A stretch of DNA of 64,000 bases. It comes from Oikopleura dioica. Taxonomy: Eukaryota > Animalia > Chordata. A program made the translations under genes and the position numbers. Positions 25,278-34,345 of this stretch are shown piece after piece (within the stretch, counting starts at the first letter, position 1; each line of letters starts with the position of its first letter). A model generated the notes under the pieces. That model did no database searches. It was not told where the DNA came from and saw only the letters and a list, made by a program, of their open reading frames with translations. The stretch lies in assembly GCA_907165135.1 (NCBI GenBank), contig OU015567.1, positions 10,168,001-10,232,000 of the forward strand, read 5' to 3'.

Positions 25278-26451
25278 TTATTCAGCAGAAACGATAGCGT
25301 CGACCATCTCCATGGTTGACTCCATGCTCGAAGTTGGATAAGTTGGCTCGTCAAAGTCAGTGATGCCGTCAAAGTTCGCCTGGACACCTTCGACGGTAAT
25401 TTCTTCACCCTTCTTGGCATAAACCGCTCCCTTTGCGCGTTCTCGTCGGAGCTCACCGGCCCAGCCGCCTCCGACTTCGAAAAGGCCGCCCGTTTTGGAA
25501 GTGTCTTGGTGGCAGAGATAGAGGACGAGTGGAGCGACGTATTCAGGTTTAAGCATGTCAAGAATATCTGGAGGGAGAATGTCTTCGGTCAATCGAGATG
25601 CAGCTAAAAAGACATTTCAAGGACAGCTTTTGAACCCAGGTCATCACGGATGATATGACTTACCGAGAGGAGCAATCGTGTTTGAAGTGATATTATATTT
25701 AGCTCCTTCAATCGCGATCGTGTTCGAAAATCCTTGAATGATTTATTAGAAACTTATCTCGGAGGATGTGCTACCATAAAGGCCAAGTTTGGCAGCGGAA
25801 TAATTAGCCTGGCCGAAGTTTCCGTAGATCCCGGCCGCTGACGACGTAAAAATGAAGCGTCCGAACTTGTTTGCCTTCATATGTTCAAAAGCAGCTTGAG
25901 AGGTTTTAAAAGCGCCTGTCAGGTGGACATCGATAATAGCATTCCAGTCGTCCTCTTAGAGATTAATCAATGGTTTGAAATAAGAATAACAACTTGCTAA
26001 AAAGCTTCTGAAATTACAATTTTCTTACCAGAAATCCGAAGAAGAGATCTGTCACGCAAAATTCCAGCGTTGTTGACGACAATATCAACTTTGCCAAAGC
26101 TATCCACGGCGGTCTTGACGAGTTCGTCACCATCGGTGACGGAGTTGTAGTTCGCAACAGCCTTTCCACCCTTGGACTTGATCAGCTCGACAACAGCATC
26201 AGCAGCGGAGTTGGACGCACCATCACCATCACGGGCACCACCAAGATCATTGACGACCACGCTTGCACCTCGAGAAGCGAACTAGAGCTGAGTTATGGAA
26301 GCCGATTCTCATATCTCACCTGGAGAGCGTACTCTTTGCCGAGACCAGCACCAGCTCCAGTTATAATGGCCACTTGACCATCGTACCTCAACTGGCTAGA
26401 AGCCCGAACGGACGAAGTCGTCAAAGCTTTTCGAGCAAAAGTCTTCAGCAT
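25278..26451 (-). CDS. HSD17B4: Short-chain dehydrogenase equivalent to the N-terminal domain of peroxisomal multifunctional enzyme 2; dehydrogenase domain only
   Basis: Motifs [61 protein letters not shown] and [10 protein letters not shown] are present. The stop follows ...DAIVSAE. The start ATG is inferred across a GA-AG intron. Confidence 0.9.
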
Positions 26452-27358
26452 TCTCTAAGCAAAGTACTTGTACTGGTATGCAAACTGAAACGACTTTTTC
26501 CACTGCCAGGATTTGTTTACCCGCAACGGGCGGGGTAAGTTTATATTGATGACTCAATGCAAAAAATACTTCACCGAATATTCTAATTGAATTGTTCTTT
26601 CAAGGAACTTCTATGATAACTTTACCTTCTTGTTTCTTGAATTTGCAAAACATGTGGTTCTTTGTGAATAGTTTACAGACTCGGATGATATTCAATTTCT
26701 AATGCGTTGCTCTTGAGAATCGCGTTTCGAAGCTAGTCATACGACGAATATATAAATAGCCAGTCTTTCTTCACTCTGCTCAGATTTTTTCAATCTTATT
26801 TTCAGATTTCTAAATGATACTAAAAAAGCTAATTTTCTTATTTTCCACACTAACAATTGCTTTTCGAATTGAAGTTTTACATAAACTTTTTGACCGCTGC
26901 ATATCATGTAAGTAAAATACAAATTGAATTGCACGAAAGACATTTTCTTGAAGGGAGAGTCAATCAGATAACTGAGACACTGGACGTTGAATTCTTGGAT
27001 TTCCAGAAAATTGAAGAAGAATGCCTTCAAGTTTTGGAAACGTATCTGAAGAGAAGGAGAGCTGAGCTTAAACTTCGAGATACTGACAATAAATGAATTA
27101 TTCTATAATTTATGACTATATTTCGAAGGCTATTGTATCCAATTACTGAAACTGTAAAATTTTCCTGTATTAAAAATCATGAGCGAAAATCTTGTTTTCA
27201 AAAAGGATCTTTTTTCTACGTAACTATTCAAGAGTTCAATGCAGATGGCTAACTAGTAAGAAATGATCGCGAAGATAGTCACCTGCCGTGTGAGATACAG
27301 TCGATCGCCCGCTGAGCGCGCACGTAGCACCCTCTTTTGGGCACTCTTCCGAAACTGG

Positions 27359-27365
27359 TATAAAG
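27359..27365 (+). promoter_or_regulatory. Candidate TATA box of the intronless 241-aa ORF
   Basis: TATAAAG lies ~40 nt upstream of the ATG at 27400. Confidence 0.4.
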
Positions 27366-27399
27366 TCTCACACGGGCTACGATATCAGCAAAAAAAAAT

Positions 27400-28125
27400 A
27401 TGAAAGACGTTTCAATCTTGAAGCTTGAAAATCTTCGATCACATCCTGATGCCCAACTTCGAGTTATGGAGACAGATGATGCATATCACCTGCGTCTCTC
27501 ATGCCATTGTGCTACAAAAATTGGTATTCCTGATCACCTCTTCAAAGAAGCCATCTTTTGGCTAACAGCGCTTTGTGGCGGAAAATTCATCAAGTTGGAA
27601 GAGTCTCATTGGAAAGATCCTCATTTCAAGGCGACTTCTCATCTCTTCTGCGAGAAAGACCCAAACCAGGTGTTGAACATTTTGGCCCTCGTCTCTCAAC
27701 GAAAAAAAGCCATGATGATAAATTCCGATCCACGTGCCATCCCGTACAAACTTGGAAGCAATATGCTTTGGAAAGTGATGCTCAAAATGATTTTCAGCGG
27801 GCCAGACATTTGCCTCGTACATGCCTTCCAAGAATTCATTGTTTCTCCAGAAGATTGGGCGGAGATGAACGAAATTCAACATGGTAAATACCAAGATATT
27901 TTCTACGAAAAGAAGAAAGCCAAGAAAGCAGCAGGTCTTCCGACTTCAGTGAAAGAAGCCCTCCAGAAGGCAAACAACAAAAAAGCGCAGTCTGTCGATT
28001 CGCAAGAACCCAACGTTACCAACAAACCATCAAAGAATAAGAAGAACAAGAAAAACAAGAAGAAGCCGAATCGAGGAAAAGCTCCCAACAACATCCGCAA
28101 GACGAAGAAACCAACCAAACTTTGA
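27400..28125 (+). CDS. Intronless orphan protein, 241 aa, Lys-rich C-terminal tail
   Basis: An uninterrupted ATG-initiated 726-nt ORF in AT-rich DNA. It has a globular-looking N-terminal ~170 aa followed by KKAKK...KNKKNKKNKKK. Confidence 0.7.
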   Translation: MKDVSILKLENLRSHPDAQLRVMETDDAYHLRLSCHCATKIGIPDHLFKEAIFWLTALCGGKFIKLEESHWKDPHFKATSHLFCEKDPNQVLNILALVSQRKKAMMINSDPRAIPYKLGSNMLWKVMLKMIFSGPDICLVHAFQEFIVSPEDWAEMNEIQHGKYQDIFYEKKKAKKAAGLPTSVKEALQKANNKKAQSVDSQEPNVTNKPSKNKKNKKNKKKPNRGKAPNNIRKTKKPTKL

Positions 28126-28645
28126 ACTCTGTACCATTCACTGTGCTCATCAAGCTGTTTTTAATCTGGTCCCAAAAATAGAAATAAATGCATAACAATA
28201 TTATGAATATTATATTCAAAATTAATATCTCGACCTTTCTCGAGGAAAGGTTCTTCCTGGCTCTGGAATTGTGAATGATATTCCATCCTGTGCTGACCCT
28301 CGTCAATCTCTGCGAGTTTATCTCGGACGAATGAACTTATCAGAGAAGAAAGAAAAAGGTTATCAACCAAAACCACCAATTCAAATCCGAAAATTTCATG
28401 GAGTCCGACTTCAACCGATCAAGCCTATAAAACCATTTCAACCAATTTCCACCGAGAGAAAGATCGCTAAAAAGGAAGAAAAGCAAAAGAGACGATCGAT
28501 TCTTGATTTTCCTGATCCAAAGTTACCTGATTTATAAGAAAAACGCTCAATAAAAACGATATACAAATTCATGTATTGAAAAATTAGCACAATGAGTATT
28601 TGAGGAGATTGAACAAGGAGAAGAAGCGAATGAAAAAACCTCAAC

Positions 28646-30823
28646 CTATTTTGTATTCATGTAGCGCTTGGAAAGAGATGGCGTCTTTTCGTAATCACGT
28701 GATATCGCGTTAATTTTCGCCCAGCGGTTTTTGATGGTCTGCATTCTTAGATCTTCGTCTTTTTTAGCTTTAGAAATTAACAACAAATTGCAAGCGAGCT
28801 TCGATAAAAAGCTTTCCTTTGGTAGGTTTTCTTCGATCCGCATACAGCCTGTTCAAACTTCCCAACTGAGCAGGGTCCATTTGATATCTCGGCATGATGG
28901 AGCTTTGATATGACATCATTGACACTGGTCGATCTCCAGCGACAGATTGAATGCCATCTAGATCATTACGTCAAGAGCTGTTGAATTCTCGTAAATAAGA
29001 TAATCTTGCCTAAGTTATACGAGTCTGACGTGAGAAGTGAGCAACTGTCATCGAAGGAATCAGAGTCATTGGCACCATCTTTGACGAAGGGCCCACCTGG
29101 CGCGTCTGAAATTATGTTTCTCCATTATATATAATATCACAAAGTAGAGCTTACCGTTTTGACAGTAAGGTCTTTCTCCAACAAAATGAAAGACTCCATC
29201 GTTGAAAGGCACTCCACAAACGCAGCAGCAAAAACATTTGAGGTGCCAAGTCTGATTCAGAGCATGCATTATGTCCTAAAAAGTAATTGTTTCCGTGTTT
29301 CTCCTAATTAATTGAAAGCTCACCCCAATTATTTTCAGACCGCATTTCGAGCAAGAATATGCCATTTCGTCTTCATAGCATTTTCGACAGTAGGGACTGC
29401 CATTTTCTTCTATGTATCCGTGTAGATCTAATCGCATAGAGCATCCTTGGACTAGAATTTATTGAAGAACCAAAAAATCGAAAAAGAATAGTTACTGGAG
29501 CATTTGAAGCATTCTGGATGCCAGTGTTGCCCCATCGCTGTGAAAAATTTTCCACTAAAATCTTCGTAAAACGATTAAAAACAATATTGCTCACTCAATA
29601 ATTTGTTTGCACTGGAAGCAGATGACGACTTTACTGTCAGACGGCTCCGGGGTGGGATTGTGGTAAACTTGTGACATGCCAGCCATCTGAGAGGGGCTGC
29701 TATTTCCGTTCGATGCACCTTGCTGCTTACCACGGCCTAGCCACGTGCTAAGATTGTCGGCCTTTTGACTTGGCGGGGAGTTAACGGGCGGTGATAAAGG
29801 TTGATTGCCAAAACTACTCTCAGAGGGCGACCTTGTGGATACTGAGAAGGAAAATTGTCGTTCTGGAGTTCTTAACGGATTTTCAAGCGATATGAAATTG
29901 ACACTAACTCACTGTTGTGGCCACTTTGGAGCCATTGAAACCTCTTTGACGAGAGGAGATGTCACCGTCTTTGGAACAGGTCTAGAAACGGTCTTTGTAA
30001 CGGGCGAACTTGGTGCAGTTGGCTTTGGAATATGTGCACTGGCCGGTCGGACTGAAGGAGTGATGGAAGGTTTGAGGGGTGGAGGCTTTGATGGTTGGGT
30101 TATTTGTGCACTTGAAGGTCTGTTGATTGTTTGCATCTTTTTGGCGTGAATTGGCGACTGGGGGCGAGATCCAGTCTGATTATTGATTGTCTTAGTTTGA
30201 CGAGAACGAATTAAAAGTACCATATTGAGGATATGAACATTTCTTGCTCCAGGAGTTCCAGGAGTACCTGGCGCTTTCGGATTTTCGTAATTTTGATAAT
30301 TTCCCATCGATTTTTGCGTTGGCATGGCTTTGATTTGTTTCGTCAATGTGAAATTGAGATGCTGATTCTATTCAGTTAGTGGCATCAGTAAATAAAGATT
30401 GAAAACGAAACTAGAGGCTCAAGACTTGGGCGACGGGAAGCAGTTGTACTTGTTGACCCTGTACTTTTATCGAGCGTCAAATTTAGTGAGAAACCAGTAC
30501 TTTTGATCAGCCGCTGAGCTTCAGTATGTGTCAATAATGAGGCGTCTTTTCCATTTATTTGTAGAATAACTTCGATAGTTCTTTACTATCGAGTAAATTT
30601 TTTTGAAAAAATTAGTTTTCGAGCTTTCCTTCATTTTGTTTGATTCCAGCTACATGAGCTTTACCGTTTTGTGTTACTCCGGAAATAGAAAGAGGAGCTT
30701 TGTATTCATAACCGCCTGTGATTCTTATTCCCCACGGGCTTCCACCTTAATATTTATAAAAAAACGAGCCTAGAAATTCTCATTACCTGTCAGTGTCAGC
30801 GCATAAGGATCAGAAACTGGCAT
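28646..30823 (-). CDS. PDZ and LIM domain protein (ALP/Enigma family)
   Basis: The N-terminal PDZ reads GGSPWGIRITGGYEYKAPLSIS. A Pro-rich linker follows, then LIM motifs AMGQHWHPECFKC and ALNQTWHLKCFCCCVCGVPF...PYC. Confidence 0.85.
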
Positions 30824-31140
30824 TTCTTCGTATAAAAATCTCTAGAAAAAAAGCAAAGAAGGGAGTTGTCAGGTCACTGTAGGTGCTTCAGTTGGGACTT
30901 GCTTAGACTCAGTCACCAAAAATCGCGCACAGGGCCCTTTTGACACATTGCCTACTATCAATCACGAACGAAAACATGCATGAAATGGCTAAGGTCACGT
31001 TTAAATCTACTCTACTGCCCTATTTTTAGCTTTGACGAAAATTCTAAAAGGAAATATATAAACAAGCTGTTTATTCACAGAAACAATGCAGCAGAAAAAT
31101 TGTAGTTTTTTCTCCTTTGTCAAGTTTGGTTGTAAACGCC

Positions 31141-32095
31141 TTAGCCAGTCCAGAGACTCTGTCCGTCAGTAGAAAGGGTTTGTTCACCGACACACTGCCC
31201 TTTCTCGTGGATAAGACCTTCAGCATCGCAGCATTTGGTCAACGAGTTGTAACGGGATGTAAGTCCAGTGAGTGGATTCACACAGCATTTTCCTATAAAA
31301 CGGAGTTGGAAATTTTTTTTCTTTGCAAAAGTCATACCTTCGTAATTTTCCCCAGTTTCCTCCAAACACTGTTCTTCTGGCTCCCAGTTTGAATGAACCG
31401 CTGAATTCTTCGTATCCCAAGTTGAAGCTCGAAGACCCATGTACTGGGCAAATTGCAAATCACACTCGCACATTGCTCGTCGACAAGTTGAAATTGACTG
31501 GACGCATTGATACTGCCCTTCTTCGAGAACAACGCGATACTTGAGGTTTTGACTGGTGCATTCTTCGCCATAAATGTCTTTGGCGCACTTCAAAAGTTCT
31601 CACTTATTTTTTTCAAATTTATACTAAATTTTTTCTCGTGGAACGTTTCTTTAGACATTGTCGCCACTGACTACACCCTAAAAATACTTCAAGAAAGCTC
31701 ATATTTTCAGCTCGCATACCCTTATCGAGTCCATCTTTAGCTCTTCCAAGGCCATCATGATATCGATCCAGATTTCCGCGACACTGACATCCGTAATCTG
31801 TCAAATACTCCGAAGAAACATTCCAGTTTTCATTGTAAAAATTCATCATCTCAACAAGGTCGTCATAATTCTTGTCATCGTTGACCATCTGCCTGTTTGT
31901 CTATTGAGAAATTGAAACTTTCAGCAAAGAAATATGCATTTTTACCTGTAAACCAGGTCTCGCTCTGGCTCTTCCGAATTCACTGAAATTAAAGCTCTGA
32001 CTCTCAGAGTACGAATAGTCGTACTCAACGATAGTAGCGTGAGCGGGCGAGAAGGCGAGAAAAAAGGCTGAAAATCTGAATCTCTTTGGAATCAT
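31141..32095 (-). CDS. Secreted phospholipase A2-fold protein lacking the catalytic His-Asp
   Basis: Signal-peptide-like N-terminus; DYGCQC...KDGLDKGCSQWRQC; CRRAMCECDLQFA (cf. C..x.CECDxxxA); C-terminal CC pairs. Confidence 0.75.
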
Positions 32096-32342
32096 GTTCT
32101 AGGCGCTAAATGGCAAACGTGTTCTATCGACGCGCTTTTATGCTTCTTGGTCGATTCAGAGGCATGTTCCAATTACTCGGGAAATCTGCTCCTTGAAATT
32201 TTACGCGGTCATCTCTACAATTTGATTAATTACTTTCCACCGGAAAGAAGGTTTATAGCGGTATCTTAGAAGAAATGACTAGCGATGGCTAGAAATTAAC
32301 TGCTTTGAACAAATAATATTTGTCCCTTTTATCGTACCTGTA

Positions 32343-33195
32343 GAACGGTATCAAGGAGTGCCCGCTTCTCCTTCCCGATTTCCGTGTGCAAACTGAGAGT
32401 GAAACAAAAGAAGCCGCTACAGTAAAATCAACACAGATGATTTGATAGATAGATTCATTCGAGAGCTAGAAAATGTTTGGTCACCATGTTTTCGATGAGC
32501 GCTGGATACGAGTTTTAGAGAGTGTGGAAGTACCGGCTGAAGATCGTTTTGACAATGGACAAGAACCCACCGAGCAAGGATAGTTTCATTCGTATTTGAA
32601 ATCAGTTTGATTTCGAAAGAAAAAAACTTGGATAGAAAAAATGCGTATTCCTTCAATTTATGGTTTGTACGAAAGACTCAAGGTTCTCGTTGACATGCTC
32701 AAAATAAAAGTAACGTATACTGACCTACTCCAACTCGTCGAAGGAAGAGTTGCGTAAATGAAATTATTTCATACATCTTTACACATCGAGACTTGAACAA
32801 GATCATTTGAGCGTCTGCCACGGCGATCCGGATTTCTACGACTCCTCAATTTTGGCCGTTCTAAAGACAAGAATGCCCAAGATCATCCTCGAAAAACTCT
32901 GTCGCCTTCTTTTCGAAGAAATTTCATTGAACAAAGTGTACATCACCCCGCAAGATCTTGGTGCATTTCACCGCAAAAATAAGATCAAAATTTCCGCCAA
33001 AGAAATCCGGATGATCATTCACGAGATCGATCGAAGGTAATAATAGATAATTTAAAGGAAAATATCCATATCTTTAGTAAGGAAGCGAAGATTTCCTTCG
33101 AGGACTTCTCCGCTTTTTTGGCTCGTGACACAATGGAAGAATTCGAAGAGGCGAAGAAACGAATCGAATCTGTTTCAAGTGATAAAACCCAATAA
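32343..33195 (+). CDS. EF-hand protein; 5' exons uncertain
   Basis: YITPQDLGAF...ISAKEIRMIIHEIDR is spliced (GT-AG) to SKEAKISFEDFSAFL...DKTQ*. Confidence 0.55.
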
Positions 33196-33288
33196 TTAGC
33201 AAAATATACTCAATTCTGAATAATCTTGTTTGTTTGTCAAGAAAATGTTTTAGGGAACAATTACTCAATTGTCAATTTGACAATTGAT

Positions 33289-33529
33289 TGTAAGGAGTCT
33301 GCTAAACTGCCTTTTCCCACTGGAAGAATGCCTGCTAATCTCTAAGGACAACAAGGAAGAGTCGGTAGTAGAGTAATCGTTGCTGTATATTTTGTAAAGA
33401 AAAGTTGGAAATAAATAACGAGTTGCTCGGAGGAGGTAAAAGTTACGAATGCCACTTCTGATCGAGCTCGACCGGAGTTGCGCTCGATCAGATAATGATA
33501 ACGTGGGCGAGAGTCTAGCAAACCCTATA
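33289..33529 (-). repeat. 3' LTR
   Basis: 240/241 identical to 37269-37509. On the element strand it reads TATAGGG...CTTACA. Confidence 0.97.
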
Positions 33530-33537
33530 CTCCCCCT
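33530..33537 (-). promoter_or_regulatory. Polypurine tract
   Basis: AGGGGGAG directly abuts the 3' LTR on the minus strand. Confidence 0.85.
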
Positions 33538-33697
33538 GAGACTTGAGCATATGATAAAAATAGTGGCAGGAATAGACTTTGACGCATCTAATGAACAGGA
33601 TCTTGAGAAAGTGCTACATTCTGGATTCGATTCTGCGTTAAAAAACCACGTGGGAGAAAAAGCATGAATCTAGACCAAAATATGTAGAGTAGCTCTT

Positions 33698-34345
33698 CTA
33701 GCGATGGCGAGCGGGCGAATCGGCTGGATCAGGGATTGTGCTCAATAAATGGTCGGCGACGGTACTGTAGTGATAAAGTCTAACCTTTTCAGGCCCCGGT
33801 CGATGATACAGAGCGAGCTCTGTTGGACCTGAAGGGGCAGCATTTTTCGCATAGTTGTAGCTCTTGCTGCTGGAGCTGTTGAAGTTCATCGGTTGAACTG
33901 GGGTTTTCACTCGAGATGATGTCCGCGGCGCTTTCGAATGCAGTTCGACAACTGTACTGTTCGGAGAAGCTTCGGGTCGAGTACGCTTTTGACGTCGTTT
34001 TTGCACTGGAGTGGGTCTCTTTTGTGATTCGACATTTTCTGACGTATTATTTAAATCTGCCACATCACGCGACTTGACATCTAAGTTCTGGGTAGATAGA
34101 GCTTGAGAATGGGCTGAATCGAAAATGGTGCTTTCCCCGGTGGTTCCACCAGTAGTATCATCCGCGACATATTTCACAGGCGAGATATCTGGGTTGATAG
34201 TCTGAACCTGAGACCTTTTGACGGGCGTATAACTCCTCTCCCCCTGAGACGATGAACCCGATTGAGTTGATTTCTTTGGAGGTGGAATTCGCGGTTGAGC
34301 TATTTGATGAGCCTTCGACTTGATAGTCGAGGTGAGGTGAGGAAA
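33698..34345 (-). CDS. Retroelement ORF3: Ser/Thr/Pro-rich tail, no ATG; overlaps the ORF2 end in the -1 frame
   Basis: The frame is stop-free from 34345 to 33698 (FPHLTSTIKSK...SPARHR*). No integrase motifs (HHCC, DDE) are visible. Confidence 0.45.
   Translation of the reverse strand, partial: FPHLTSTIKSKAHQIAQPRIPPPKKSTQSGSSSQGERSYTPVKRSQVQTINPDISPVKYVADDTTGGTTGESTIFDSAHSQALSTQNLDVKSRDVADLNNTSENVESQKRPTPVQKRRQKRTRPEASPNSTVVELHSKAPRTSSRVKTPVQPMNFNSSSSKSYNYAKNAAPSGPTELALYHRPGPEKVRLYHYSTVADHLLSTIPDPADSPARHR

Noticed and set aside
33449-33667. 72-aa plus-strand ORF starting in the 3' LTR (possible antisense gene or env)
   Set aside because: It is short, has no TM segment or signal peptide, and does not resemble an envelope protein.
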